A stretch of 64,000 bases of DNA from Sphaerodactylus townsendi. Taxonomy: Eukaryota. Where the stretch lies: positions 23,126,001 through 23,190,000 of the forward strand of contig NC_059439.1 in NCBI RefSeq assembly GCF_021028975.2, in the 5' to 3' direction. Within the stretch, counting starts at the first letter, position 1; the number at the start of each line of letters is the position of its first letter. This document shows, in pieces, positions 23,986 through 36,949 of this stretch. The notes beneath the pieces are model-generated. The model was not told the origin of the DNA. It did not search any database and saw only the letters and a list, made by a program, of their open reading frames with translations. A program made the translations under genes and the position numbers.

Positions 23986-24685
23986 CTAACTGCCCCAGGC
24001 AGTTATAGAGCTGGCGATGGGGAAATAGCATGACAAGAGGTGCCCCCACAGCATCCCCAAGATGGACCAAAAGTCTCCTGGTGGCAGTTTTGAACTCTCT
24101 GGTATTGTATCACTTGGGGACACTTATTTTTCATATTGGTTTAACACCTTAACTGAAAAAGGTATATAAACCACACAGGTGTAACTCACTGGGGAAAATG
24201 TGTTTTGATATATTTTAAGGGTTCAGTGTGTGATTGCAGTCATTGCCAACCACATGACTCCTCAGTCCTGTATTGTGCCCTACCTGCAGGCATTGTCAGA
24301 AAAGGTGAAATTATGAGCTAAGAATAGACTTCACAGTCAGATAAGGGTAATCTATTGCTACTGGCAGAGAGGGATAGATTGGTCTCTCTTCAAATGGCAC
24401 ATTTTGTTGCTACTGTCATGAAGATTAAGGTGAGACTTGTTGATGTGAGTATGATTAACCTGCAAGTTAATTGCTCTACTCTAGATCATTAGCCATTGGA
24501 TTAATACATTGCTCTGAAATCTGTATGGTATAGGGTTGCCAGGTCCCCTGGCCACAGGTGGGAAAAGGAGGGTAGGGTCACCATATCCAGATTGGAAAAT
24601 TGGAGATTCAGGAATGGGGACTGGGGAAGACAGTCAGGCGCAATGCCACATAGTCCATCCTGCTGAAATAAGGACTGAGTGACTA

Positions 24686-24917
24686 CCGTGTTTCCCCGAA
24701 TATAAGACAGTGTCTTATATTAACTTTTGCTCCCAAGGATGCGCTATGTCTTATTTTCAGGGGATGTCTTATGTTTCTGTATTCTGTTCGTCAGGCATGC
24801 TTCCAAACAAAAACTTTGCCACGTCTTACTTTTGGGGGATGCCTTATATTTCGCACTTCAGCAAAACCTCTACTACGTCTTATTTTCCGGGGATGTCTTA
24901 TATTCGGGGAAACAGGG
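24686..24917. mobile_element. Tc1/mariner superfamily (Tc2/pogo-like) MITE
   Basis: TA TSD; ~24-bp TIRs CCGTGTTTCCCCGAATATAAGACA / TGTCTTATATTCGGGGAAACAGGG; internal GTCTTA..GGGATG repeats. Confidence 0.85.
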
Positions 24918-25034
24918 TAGCAGTGTCAACATAGGGGGGAAAAGTGCCGGAGGTATGCTAATGTTGCCGGGATGTTGTTGTAGTTTAACAGAGTAATATT
25001 GTTGTACACCCACTGACATCAATGGACAAAGAAA

Positions 25035-25262
25035 GCCATAGTCATTAAGAGTGTTGGACTCAAATCAGAGAACCAGGTTTGTTTCCCGGCTCCTCCACAG
25101 GAAGCCTGCTGGCTGACCATGGACTAGTCACAGTTCTCTCCGAACTTCCTCAGCCCCACCTACTTTATGAGGTGTCTGTGGTGGCAAAGGGAAGGGAAGG
25201 GGATTCTAAGCCATTTTGAGACTCTTTGAAAGTAAAGAAAAGCAGCTTATAAGAATCTTCTT
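25035..25262 (+). mobile_element. Squam3-like SINE
   Basis: TTAAGAGTGTTGGACTC..AGAACCAGGTTTG..CAGCCCCACCTAC; ends approximate. Confidence 0.65.
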
Positions 25263-25942
25263 TTTCAAAGGTGTGACTCTGCTAAGGATTGCATTGTAAA
25301 AGGTGTCTCCAATTTTAATGTAAAGTATTGAAGCATTTTCCCACTGCTTTGTGTCCTTAACAGCAGCTTGATTTGCAGAGATTAGTAGGTGATTTCTTTT
25401 CATGCCCTTAAAAATTGTCATTTGGTAATTTCTTTTAATTATTTCTGTGCCCTTGTTGAAGGAACTTCTATATGGACCAGTTGAGGAGATCAGAGTCATA
25501 GTCCACAAGACAAAGTAGTTCTTCTGTAGTTATGTGCACCTGTAGTAAAATCTGAGGAGAAACAATCAACTTAGTCCATTGAAAGGCGAGTATCACCCAG
25601 AGAAGAAAAGGATGGTAATGTATACAAGGTAGATGGGTAAAATTAACAAAACCATTGAAATTCATTTGGGTTTTATTGTTAATATTTCAACAACCCTAAT
25701 ATTTTCCTAATGAAACTTCGAATTTCAGTATGATATTTTCATAAAGTGTGGTTTGCTATTAAAATAAGAAACATTTAAAACAACAGACAATGAAACGTAA
25801 GATTGATTTTTGGTTTTATATTGGAAGTGTCCCATAAGCAATAGTATGTATGAATCAACTCTATTTGCTATATGTTACAAGTTTGTATTTTGATGTGATT
25901 TTATATTGGTTATGCCAAATAAAGACTGAATGAATAATATAT

Positions 25943-26217
25943 NNNNNNNNNNNNNNNNNNNNNNNNNNNNNNNNNNNNNNNNNNNNNNNNNNNNNNNNNN
26001 NNNNNNNNNNNNNNNNNNNNNNNNNNNNNNNNNNNNNNNNNNNNNNNNNNNNNNNNNNNNNNNNNNNNNNNNNNNNNNNNNNNNNNNNNNNNNNNNNNNN
26101 NNNNNNNNNNNNNNNNNNNNNNNNNNNNNNNNNNNNNNNNNNNNNNNNNNNNNNNNNNNNNNNNNNNNNNNNNNNNNNNNNNNNNNNNNNNNNNNNNNNN
26201 NNNNNNNNNNNNNNNNN
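25943..26217. other. Assembly gap (275 N)
   Basis: Run of N. Confidence 1.
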
Positions 26218-26854
26218 CCATAACATTTACTCTCCAAAACTGACCATAAGATACAAAAAACAATAATATACAAATGTATATCCACATTGTGATATTGAGA
26301 TCAATGGACAGAACTGATCCCAACTATGGTCTATTTGTATTCCAGGCAATAACATCTGCTTTCTAACAAAGGTTAGGGAAATTAGAAGAACTAGGGAAAG
26401 ACACCAGTTGCATCCATGTAGTTACATTCTGTAAAGTTATCTTGAACAACTGAAATAAAAAAAGTAAAACAAAACATTTTTTTCAAGTAGCAGAGACCCT
26501 TTCTGGATATAAGAACCTACAGGCAGACAAGAAACAGAATAGAAAGGATGAGAAACAAGAATGTTCAACAAGCTGTCAACAGTAGAAGGAATACTAGCCT
26601 GCTAGCCCTACAATAAATTAGCCCCACTTGTTAAATGAGAAATAACAATGCATGCCAAACTCAGAGTAAACAATCAAGGCATTAAACATTTGGAAGGAAA
26701 GGGGGTAACATGTTATTGTCTTGCTCCTATTGGCAAGACAATTGGCAAGATAGTGATTTTGACACACAATCTATGGACTTGTGGATGCAAAAAAACTTTA
26801 TATATATATACATACACACATTCTCTCTCTCTCTCTCTCTCTCTTTCTATCTCT

Positions 26855-27071
26855 GGCCCTTTCCCCACTTATCTTAAGCCCTGCGCTACTCGAGGAGAGT
26901 AGCGCGGGGTTCCTCAGCACTCCCCACTGAGAGGGGCGGTGACAGCGCAGCCGCCCCGAGGCGGCTGCTGTCGCGCCCCTCAGCGCGAGGCATTCCCGGC
27001 GCTCTTTCAAAGGGCATTTTGATGACCCCGCGCACGGCAACCCTCGGAAAAGGGTAAGTGGGGAAAGGGCC
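26855..27071. mobile_element. PIF/Harbinger-like MITE (family 2), internally deleted
   Basis: TIRs GGCCCTTTCCCCACTTA / TAAGTGGGGAAAGGGCC; homologous to 4972-5239. Confidence 0.8.
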
Positions 27072-27215
27072 CCTCTCTCATTGCTTTTGACTTAAATGTC
27101 TCATAACAACTAACACTCATAAATACCCTTAACAACAGTTTCTCATTCAAAGCTTTACATTCTATTAGGAAATCACTGACCAGACTTTTTTTTATTATTT
27201 TCTATTTCCACAGCA

Positions 27216-28157
27216 ATGGAGAACCGGACTGAAGTGCACGAGTTCATTCTCCTGGGTCTGACACATGACCCCAGAGAGCAATACACTCTCTTTCTGATGT
27301 TCCTGATGCTCTACTTGGCCAGTTTGTTGGGAAATGGAGCCATTCTGGCAGTAGCTATAGCTGAGCCACGGCTTCATACTCCCATGTATTTCTTTCTGGG
27401 CAATCTCTCCTGCCTGGACATGTGCTACTCCACTGTTACGGTGCCCAAAATGCTGAGTGGCTTCTTAACAGAGCCCCAAGCCATTTCTTTCATTGGATGC
27501 CTGACTCAGTTGCATTTCTTTTACTTCCTGGGCAGCGGTGAGGGCATCCTTTTGGGAGTAATGGCATTTGATCGCTATGTGGCTATCTGCAACCCTCTGC
27601 GTTATACTGTCATCATGAATAGATGGACTTGCCTTCTGCTAGCTGGGACCACCTGGGTTGCTGGATTCTTTCACGCACTGATGCATACCATGGTGACCTC
27701 TCAGTTGTGGTTCTGTGGCCCAAATCATGTTCAGCACTTCCTCTGTGACATCAAGCCCTTGCTAAAATTGGCCTGCAGCAGTACCACCCTTAACCTCAGT
27801 CTCCTTAATATTGTCACTGGCTGCATTGCTCTGGGTGGCTTCTTCCTCACTCTTTTCTCTTACTTATACATCATCTCCTTCCTATTCTTCAAAGTTCCAT
27901 CCTGGAAAAGTCGTTGGAAAGCCTTCTCTACCTGTGCCTCCCACCTGACAGTTGTGGCTCTACTGTATGTTCCAGTTCTGTCCAACTACATGCTTGCGTC
28001 TGTTGGGGAGTCTGCTCAAAGAGAGATGATCATCACCATATTGTATAGTGCTGTCACTCCAGTTTTAAACCCTCTTATCTACACGCTAAGAAATCAAGAG
28101 GTAAAAGCTGCTCTGAAAAAAATATTAAGCCAGAAATATTTGTTTGGAAGAATATGA
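27216..28157 (+). CDS. Olfactory receptor, OR12D-like (OR-3), 313 aa
   Basis: Intact ORF; MAFDRYVAICNPLRY, KAFSTCASHL, NPLIYTLRN. Confidence 0.96.
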   Translation: MENRTEVHEFILLGLTHDPREQYTLFLMFLMLYLASLLGNGAILAVAIAEPRLHTPMYFFLGNLSCLDMCYSTVTVPKMLSGFLTEPQAISFIGCLTQLHFFYFLGSGEGILLGVMAFDRYVAICNPLRYTVIMNRWTCLLLAGTTWVAGFFHALMHTMVTSQLWFCGPNHVQHFLCDIKPLLKLACSSTTLNLSLLNIVTGCIALGGFFLTLFSYLYIISFLFFKVPSWKSRWKAFSTCASHLTVVALLYVPVLSNYMLASVGESAQREMIITILYSAVTPVLNPLIYTLRNQEVKAALKKILSQKYLFGRI

Positions 28158-28904
28158 ATCTATTCTCTCTCTGTGTTCTTGTGCCCCATTTCTGTCATCA
28201 TCTTGACTAACCAAGGTCCGTTCAGTATCTAAAAGAGGCCTATGTAGAGGCATAGCTGTAATGGGGACATCTGGGGCGGCTCACCCCAGATGCCACCATT
28301 GCAGTCACATGTCGGGGTCATGGCTGGGGGCATGTTGGAGGCAGAGCAAGGTGTTTCAAGGGCATTTGGGGGGTGTTTCGTGGCAGGAGGAGTTGCTTGG
28401 GCAGTTTCCCCCTCCCTTCGTCACTGGGCTTATGTGATTATCAGTGGCACTTGTCAAGTGACTTCAAGGCATGCAAACTGAGTAATCAAAGTGGACAAGA
28501 TTATGCCTATCCCAGTCGTGCTGACCTTGATTGTGATTCCCTAAATACAAGGGAGCCATTGTGGTATAATGGTTAAGGTGTCAGACAAGGATCTGGAAAA
28601 TGCAGCTTCAGTCCCCTAATTCCATGGAATTCCATTGCTGTGTGATCTTGGGCCAATCACACACTTTCACCCTCAACTGTGACTGGTATTTGAATGGGAG
28701 ACTTCAAAGAAATGTCATAGTTGGGACTCATAATCTCTAAACCTGATGGGGTCACCATAAGTCATGAATAGCTGACATGAAAAGAGTTTCATTGTGAGAT
28801 GATGTGAGTAGGATTTGTGGAGTTATTTCACTGGCTCTACTGCTGTGGAAGAGCATCCAAGACTATGTCTTGATACCACCCTCCTTGTTTGCAACATCTT
28901 TGTT

Positions 28905-29115
28905 CAAATCCAGCAGCCTGGATAGCCCGACTTAGTTCAAGCTTATCAAAGCTAGGGAGCTAAGTAGGGTTGCCATGCTTAGCACTAGAGTGAGAGACAG
29001 CCAAGGAAGATGGGGCTCCTATGCAGAGGAAATCAATTGCAAACTACTAGTGTTCATTTATCACTTTGGACAACCCATGAATAGAGTTACTATGAGTAGG
29101 TTGCAACTCAATGGC
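28905..29115 (+). mobile_element. 5S-Sauria-like SINE, degenerate
   Basis: GGATAGCCCGA..GAGCTAAGTAGGGT..GAGACAGCCAAGGAAG head with BovB-like tail; ends approximate. Confidence 0.5.
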
Positions 29116-30844
29116 CCATCGTTCTTCATGTTCATACCAAACTCAGGTTATTAGATTTAGAGAAATGAATGCATCGCAGCAATCCATTGCTAAAAGCCAA
29201 GAACATTCCAGATAGACTTCCAGTGCCTCTAAAATTAAATATTGCCAAATACAACATTCCAGTGAGAAGAACTTGGCTTCATTAACTGTGTTGGCAGCTT
29301 CCTTGCATTGCCTGGACAGTCAAAATGAACCTCATGGTGGACAGGAAACCCATGAAGCCAAGAACAGCATAGTGCATTGTAACGCATTCTATTATGATCT
29401 ACTACACTACTCAAGATTACCTAACAAAGACCTCAAATGGAGTAGACGTTCCCCACTCACACATGTCAATGTGCATAAAGGAAAATATAACTACCAAAGA
29501 CAATACTGTGCTCAGCCATACCCATATGTTGTTTCCTGAGATTGTGGGCTATGTCAAAATGACCAGGATAGCCTTGTCCAAAACAGAAGAGGTAGTGACC
29601 AAGAAAATCCCAAAGCCATTTTTGTTTGAAAAATCCAATCTCTTTTGTAGGAATCTAGAAAGCACAGGAAATTTAGGAGAATTCTTGTATGCTTCTGAAT
29701 GTTAACACCAATTATGCCATAGAAGTTCTCAGAACCAGCAAGCAATGACGAGAGCAAAGAAAGCTGGGGAGAAAAAGGTCCTCCAAAGAGAGAGAGAGAA
29801 AAGGATTCAAAATAAATGGAGAGGTGTGTCATCTGAGCTTATTATTTTATCCATCTGATGAAGCAAACCTGAACTGTGAAACTTATGACATGCTAAAATA
29901 CAAAAGTTTTCATTATGTTTTGGTCCAGGATGACAGGGTGACTTCACGAACTAATTTCAGTCATGGTTCCTAAAATCTATTACTAAACTATTTCTAAACT
30001 ATTTCTAGCTAGGAAATTTATATACATCAGTGGCTTGGATCCAGTCAGCTTTTTCTCTGCCCCATTTAATTATCTCCCATACTCTCTCTTTGCCCCACAT
30101 GACTTTTGTCTATGTGTGTCCCAAATCACATATCCTTTTCGACGGTTAAAGAAAACCCTTCATCTTTTTTTTTATTTTAACCATCAGAAAAGCTGGTTAG
30201 ATCCCACCTAGTCTCTTGAAATATATTAAGGTGGCATCAAATTCCCAACATCTTTTCATAGTTTAGTCCCGTATTTTATGCTTTTATATCTTATTACCAG
30301 TCTGATTCATTAATTTTGTAAAATAATCTGCCCAAACACACACACCATTTCCACATCCAAGGGAGAATTCACCTGTTAATTTTCCAAATGATTCTGGTGT
30401 TTACAAGACCTGAGAAATACTATTATCAACAGGACATTTGGGAGGACGTTGATTCATAGGATCATTATGAGTTGGAAGCAACTTGGCAACACTTAACACA
30501 CAATTAAGTTAAAGGTACTAACAAGGCCAGTACCAAAAAAAATTATGTGAGATTTTTTAGGGGTGTTAAATTTTGTGAGCACATAATTTTTATTTGAAAC
30601 ACCCACAGTTACTGAAATGGATACTTCCAGCTCAAAAGGAAATGTCAGTTATCAACTTCCTAACCATGTTAAGGGAATACAATAGAAGTAATACCATTAA
30701 AATGGACTTGTTAATTGCATAGCAATAGTGTAAAATCATATATAAAATAGATATAGTGGCTGGTGCTCTCTTGGATGTTTTAGGCCTACTGTGTTGCTCA
30801 TGAGGTTACCTGACCCTGAAGAAAATAATTTTGAGGTATTCAAT

Positions 30845-30995
30845 GGCCCCTTTTGCACATGCAAACTAATGCATTTTCAATCCACTTTCACAATTTTTTG
30901 CAAACGGATGTTGCTATTCTGCACAGTAAAATCCATCTTCAAAGTGTATTGAAAGCAGATTGAAAGTGTATTATCCTGCATGTGCCAAAGGGGCC
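30845..30995. mobile_element. PIF/Harbinger-like 151-bp MITE (family 1 variant)
   Basis: GGCCCCTTTTGCACATGCA...TGCATGTGCCAAAGGGGCC. Confidence 0.8.
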
Positions 30996-31859
30996 AGTGA
31001 GTTGCAGCTCAGTTGAAATAATAAAGAAAAATAGGAACAACTGTGATAAAAGATGGGGAAATCAATGACATAGCAATGACAACACACCCAAACAAAAATA
31101 AACAAGGAGATATTTCTATATCCTAATAAATATCTGTCCATTTTAAATGTATATGTGGAGTACTTTCCCTTGTAAATTGTTTTATTAGTTATCTCCCCAA
31201 AGCTTTAATTAATCATTCATGTTTTGAAAAACAATGGAACTCTCTTTTGACTTTGTGTCCTGGGGGATCAAATGTCCTCTAAAAATCATCTCCCCTTAAA
31301 AAAATGTTGAAGCAGGTAAACATGATAAATGAATGTTCTCCTGTCATCCAAAGTGCGTTCTTCTACAGCATCACCAGGAGTTGAGGATTACAGATATGTT
31401 ACCTCATCTTCTAACTTTATTTTAGATAAAGGTTTAACATAACATATCATCAGAAATATATATTATATATAAAACACCTTCTCAGGTATGATCCTTTTGA
31501 TATAAATTATTTTCATATGCCATTGAACTGTTATTGGTGTCTAATCTGTGGGTTTATCGTGCCAACACAGAGGGGTGGAGGGAGAGAGAGTTGAGAAAGA
31601 CAGAGATTATGGTTAAAGACCAATAATTAAAAATACACAAGACAAAAACCTACAAAAATAAGTAAGACACAAGACAAACACTTTTTTGGATATTTAATCA
31701 CAAAATTATATCGAATACATCTAATTTAACTTAAAAGCAATATAATATATTTTATTTAATTTGAAAATATTTTTTTCCAGTTCTGTTCTGTTAAATTATG
31801 ACAACATTTACAATCTATTATGTAGAACTTTGCCACAAACTTAGCAATTTGTGGTTATT

Positions 31860-32010
31860 CCAAAATCCAAATCCAAATCCAAAACCTTTATTAGGCATAA
31901 AAACGGTGCCAAGAATTGCAAATACAATAAAAACATCATTATTGCTCAACTTGCAGTACACAGAGTAAAAATATAGCAACAGCTTCAGATATTTCAACAT
32001 TAGAATTATT
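31860..32010 (-). mobile_element. LINE 3' tail (RTE-X-like) with (GGATTT)n
   Basis: Minus strand ATGCCTAATAAAGG followed by GGATTT repeats, same 3' signature as 15406-15430; 5' end uncertain. Confidence 0.5.
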
Positions 32011-32761
32011 TAGAAGGGTTATTCATCTCTTAAAAATTTACAAGTTTTTGCTGACTCAGACACCAAAGCTCTTATCCAACAGGACACTGAACATTTTAGA
32101 CAGAGCCTCATTTTAAGACACATTAAAAAAAAGTTTTCTATGGTTTTGACTTCCCCATTCCCCACATGGACAGGCGGCACACTTTGACAGAGTAAAAGCT
32201 GTTCTAAGGCTATTTGCTTTCAGATTAAATAAATAGGTAGCTGGGACAGGAATACATTTATTAATGACTGGTGACCTGAAAATAGGGGATCTGGCCTTTA
32301 GCTACCTACCAGCGTCACATGAATCTCGAAGGCAGCAGAAATTTTTTTGGGTTCAGGTCTGTTAAATTAGGAATTTTTCAAAAACAAAACGAAACCTGAA
32401 AAGGCCAATATTCAGAATAAGCTTTTTAATTTTTGTTCCTTTTCAAAAATTTCTGCGACAATTTAACACGAAGTAAAAAAATGCTGATTTAAAAAAAAAT
32501 CTGTGCCCACCTCTAGCAGATATCTTTTATCTTTATAAAAAATATATTTTTATTGTATAGTTTGAAATAATCATTCTATTTACATCTTTCTGATATAATT
32601 TCCAAACAATACATTTTCTCTTTTTTTCCTCCCACCCTCCCCTAATATCATGTTTTACTTTTCTTTAACCAAACAGCAATAAGTTTATTCGTTGTTGTCT
32701 TCTTATCCATATGTCTTCTTTGACTCCCATCTCCTTCATGCAATTCTCATAACTTGTCCAT

Positions 32762-33046
32762 GTGGCTTTCCCCACTTACCTTCTGCTGCGCGCTACTCCG
32801 GGAAAGTAGCGCGGGGTCCAGCAGCACTCCCCACTTGCAAGGGCAGCAACCACGCAGCCGCCCCAACGCTGCCGCTCTTGCACCACCTCAGCGTGCGTCA
32901 CTCCTGGCGTTGAAGAAACAGCACCTTTGGATGACCCCGCGCGGAGCGGAGCGCGGGGTCATGGGAAACCCCAAGAGCGCGCCAGGAATGACGAGCTGAG
33001 GGGGCGCGAGAGCGGCACACAGCAGAAGGTGAGTGGGGAAAGCCCC
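32762..33046. mobile_element. PIF/Harbinger-like MITE (family 2)
   Basis: GGCTTTCCCCACTTACCTTCTGCTG / CAGCAGAAGGTGAGTGGGGAAAGCC inverted termini. Confidence 0.8.
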
Positions 33047-33334
33047 ATATCTTCATTATTTCATTCTGTTTTTCTTGCCATGTTTTATTCTTTGATAATA
33101 TTTCAAAAATGTTTAATGTCACTTGTTCCCATATATATTCCAACCATTTCTGAATCGTCCATTTTTATCTTTCCATCCAAACGCTATCACTGCATGTATT
33201 GCTCTAATCAAGCAGATATCTTTTATCTGTCAGTTGACTTTAGCATTCCAGTCATGAAATACAGTGAAGAGGCCCCATACAACTGGAGCTTACAGAGAAA
33301 TGCAAAGTGTAATAATAATGGCAAAGTAGAGTGG

Positions 33335-33520
33335 AATTAGCTCTGATCTGGATAGCCCACACTAAATCTGACCTTGTCAGATCTCAGAAACTAATCAGGA
33401 TTGTCCATGACAAGGAATACCAGGGTTGTGACACAGAGGCAGGTGGTGGAAAGCCACCTCTAAAGATCACTTGCCTTGAAAATCCCACCAGAGGTCACCA
33501 TAGACATAACTTGATGGCAA
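33335..33520 (+). mobile_element. 5S-Sauria-like SINE
   Basis: CTGGATAGCCCA..CAGATCTCAGAAACTAA..GGAATACCAGGGTTG..CTTGCCTTGAAAATCCC; ends approximate. Confidence 0.55.
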
Positions 33521-33660
33521 AAAGGGAGGAATTAACATTGGGATAAAGCTGTCTTTTAAAAAAAATCAGAACGTGAAACATGATTAGGAAATAAAGGAAA
33601 GGAAATTAGTTCTGACATCTTCACTGGAAGATGCTGTTCTGCCAAGGAAGGCTACCAAGT

Positions 33661-33900
33661 AGAGGTGCCAGGTCTCACTGGCCATCATTCAAGGATAAGG
33701 GGGTAAGGTTGCTAGATCCAAGGAAACTCCTGGATTTTTTGGATGAAGTCTGAGGAGGACAGGGATATCAGTGGAGTACAATGACACAGAGTCCACTTTT
33801 CAAAGCATCCATTTGCTCCTGGGAATCTGATCTCTGGATTCTGGGGATGAGCTATAATTCTGGGGGATTTCCAGGTCCCACCTGGAAGCTGGCATCCCTA
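33661..33900. mobile_element. Old hAT-like MITE (TAGGGTTGCCA-type termini)
   Basis: Ends TGGCATCCCTA; related fragments at ~24531-24660 and ~62275-62425. Confidence 0.45.
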
Positions 33901-34050
33901 CAGCTTAAAAGGGAAGAATGCTTCAAAATGAGATGAATAGAATGATAAGGTACACGACAGATTTGAGTCCAGTAGCACCTTTGTTTCTTGCAAGCTCATA
34001 TCCCCAAAATATTGTTGGTCTCTAGGGTGCTACTGAACTTAGTTCTCCAA

Positions 34051-34607
34051 GGCCGTTTCCGCACGGCCCGTTTATGGTGCCCTGGGGATGGCAAATACGC
34101 CGTTCCCAGGGAGCCATTCACACAGGCGGCGCTGCTGCAATGCAGCAGCGCCGACCTGACTGCACTCCCCCTCCCCCAGGACGACGTCAGGCCGCCCTAA
34201 AAAACAACCCTTTAAAGGGTTGTTTTTGCCACAACAGCGTGTTCCCGGCAGTGCGGTGCGAACAGCACCGCCGGGAACACGCTGTTTCCCTTCCCTTTCC
34301 CACTCACGCTTCCAGTACCCCATCATGCCGGCCTCTGCGGGCCTCTGAAGCCCTCTCTCCTCACTGTCCTCCGACCCCTGGAGGTTGGAGGGCAGCGTGG
34401 GTGGGGCTTCGAAGGCCAGCAGGCCGACGACGGGGACAAGGTGAGTGGGAAAGGGAAGGGGGCAGAGGCGGCTCCATGCGGAGCCGCCTGCCGTCCTCTG
34501 GCCTCTCTTGAGGCCGCCCACACGCTTGCGTGCGAATGGCCTCCGCCTCCACGCCGGCAGAATTCTTGCCGGTGTGGAGGCGCCTGGGGGGCCGTGCGGA
34601 AACAGCC
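34051..34607. mobile_element. PIF/Harbinger-like MITE (family 3 relative, 557 bp)
   Basis: GGCCGTTTCCGCACGGCCC / GGGCCGTGCGGAAACAGCC TIRs; homologous in reverse to 36950-37452. Confidence 0.8.
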
Positions 34608-35014
34608 CTACTGCAAGCCATCATGACAGCCCTCAGAAATGTTTGTTTCTGAGTTTCTTTTCCATCCTCTTTTGTGTTTGTAATTCTTTTAAGCCTTAAA
34701 AATAAAATGTTATTAAAATGAAAAGTAAGATACAAGGTGCTGTTTTATTTGGCTCTGCTCTGGGAAAGCAATTTTGCCCTGGTACAAAGCTAGTTTTATG
34801 TTTTTGCTTTGATAGATTAATGCAATTAATTATTACTAATGCTTACTTCTACAAGAGCTTTTGTATTCTGCTGTGACTGCTTGTGTGCAAAAGTGTAGTA
34901 TCAAATATTTATGTATTTAATGTTAGTGCCATCTTTCCACTTATATAGTTTGGTATTCTTTTGCTGACACTGCATCCCATTTATGTGTGTTGTTTTATAT
35001 ACATACATATTTTT

Positions 35015-35029
35015 ATGTATGTATGTATG

Positions 35030-35058
<29 letters not shown>
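35015..35058. repeat. (TATG)n microsatellite
   Basis: Direct reading. Confidence 0.95.
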
Positions 35059-35060
<2 letters not shown>

Positions 35061-35544
35061 GTAACACACATAAATGGGATGCAAGGTCAGCAAAAGAATA
35101 CCCCCCAAAAAAGCAAGGATGTCAACTACTGACTACTGATGGAAGATAATGATTGAAGGGGATCAAGCAAATATCCCTGGGGAAGGAGTTCTATGATTTT
35201 GGTGACATAACTGAGAAGTACCTCTCTTGGGTTGCATCCCATCTATCCTGAAGATGATGTTTCATGCAGCATGTATACTACCTCTAAAAAGTCATCCACA
35301 AATGGACATCACTGCAATGTATTTTTATTTAAAAGAATGTGACTATTAGCACAATATTGCACAATCCAAATTTAACACAATGCATGTGTATGTTTATTTA
35401 GCACAGTTTATATGTGCTAAATTTAACCAATACTTTTCTATTGAACTCAATACATGGGGGTGTGTGTGCTTTTAATTTAACACATTGCATATGTGTGTGT
35501 GTGTTTTAATTTCAGTACCCACACTGTGAAATGAAAGCTCCACA

Positions 35545-35835
35545 GGAAGAAGAGTTTGAATGTCTGCCCTGCTTTTCTCCATGGTAAGGAGTCTCGAGAC
35601 TTGCAAACACCTTCTCTTCCTCTCCCCACAACAGACATCTTGTGAGTTAAGTGGGGCTGAGAAAGTTCTGAGGGAACTGTGACTGTCCCAAGGTCACCCA
35701 GCAGGCTTCATGTGTAGCAGTGGGGAAATAAACTAGTTCACCAGATTAGTCTGCTGCTCATGTGGAGGAATGGGGAAATCAAACCCAATTCTCCAGACTG
35801 GAGTCAACTGCCCTCAATCAATGCACCATGCTGGC
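35545..35835 (-). mobile_element. Squam3-like SINE
   Basis: GTGGGGCTGAGAAAGTTCTG..CCCAAGGTCACCCAGC..ATCAAACCC..TTCTCCAGA; ends approximate. Confidence 0.7.
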
Positions 35836-35952
35836 CTTCAGGAGCCATTCTTAAAGGTTCCTATCCATCACAATGCTTTCTTTTCACAAAAAGTTTAATT
35901 TCCTATGGAGCAACTAAATGATTGTCAATATTTGTTCACAATTTCCACAGCA

Positions 35953-36894
35953 ATGGAGAACCAAACAGAGGTGCTTGAGTTTGTTCTCACTGGACTAGGA
36001 AAAAACCACCAGAAGCAATGCATTCTCTTTGTATTTTTTCTGCTGATCTATATAGCCAGCTTACTGGGGAATGGAGCTATTTTGGCTGTAGCACTGGCAG
36101 AACCACGCCTCCATACCCCTATGTACTTTTTTCTAGGCAATCTCTCCTGGTTGGACATTTGCAGCTGTACAGTTACTGTGCCAAAAATGCTGAGTGGCTT
36201 CCTAGTGGAGCCCCAGACAATTTCTTTCATTGGGTGTCTGACTCAGCTGCACTTTTTCCACTTCCTGGGAAGCAGTGAAGGCATCCTTCTGGGTGTCATG
36301 GCATTGGATCGCTGTGTGGCTATATGCAATCCATTGCGCTACACAGTCATCATGAATAAATGGACTTGCCTTCTGCTAGCTGGGGCCACCTGGGCTGCTG
36401 GTTTCTTTCATGCCCTGATGCACACAGTTCTGACCTCCCGCCTATGGTTCTGTGGTCCCAATCATGTTCAGCACTTCTTTTGTGACATCAAGCCCCTACT
36501 AAAATTGGCCTGCAGCAGTACCACCCTCAACCTCAGACTTCTTAATATTGTCACTGGCTGCATTGCTCTGGGTGCCTTCCTCCTCACCCTTCTCTCCTAC
36601 CTCTACATCATATCCTTCCTTTGCTTCAAAGTCCAATCCTGGCAGAGCCGTAGGAAAGCCTTCTCTACTTGCGCCTCCCATCTGACAGTTGTGGCTCTCT
36701 TGTATGTCCCAGTTCTTTCCAACTACATGCTTGCATCTTCTGGTGAATCGCCTGAAAGAGAGATGACTGTCACTATATTGTATAGTGCAATCACTCCAGG
36801 TCTGAATCCTCTAATTTATACCCTTAGGAATCAAGAGGTAAAATCTGCTCTGAAAAAAATGTTGACTAGGAAACATATGCCTAGAAGAACATAA
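35953..36894 (+). CDS. Olfactory receptor, OR12D-like (OR-4), 313 aa
   Basis: Intact ORF from MENQT after acceptor CCACAG; MALDRCVAICNPL variant. Confidence 0.95.
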   Translation: MENQTEVLEFVLTGLGKNHQKQCILFVFFLLIYIASLLGNGAILAVALAEPRLHTPMYFFLGNLSWLDICSCTVTVPKMLSGFLVEPQTISFIGCLTQLHFFHFLGSSEGILLGVMALDRCVAICNPLRYTVIMNKWTCLLLAGATWAAGFFHALMHTVLTSRLWFCGPNHVQHFFCDIKPLLKLACSSTTLNLRLLNIVTGCIALGAFLLTLLSYLYIISFLCFKVQSWQSRRKAFSTCASHLTVVALLYVPVLSNYMLASSGESPEREMTVTILYSAITPGLNPLIYTLRNQEVKSALKKMLTRKHMPRRT

Positions 36895-36949
36895 ACCTAT
36901 CATGTATTCCTGTGTCTTTCTCTGTCCTTCTCTGTATTCGTTTGTCCAT

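Noticed and set aside
22470-24120. GC-rich segment with a ~60-bp internal repeat (~23050 and ~24040)
   Set aside because: Probably an old repeat, but boundaries and class cannot be supported
25861-26323. ORFs with X runs
   Set aside because: Artefacts of the N gap
29850-29900. CTGATGA...GAAA hammerhead-like string (also Penelope-like remnants near 11390-11470 and 33960-34040)
   Set aside because: Stems too degenerate to support a functional ribozyme
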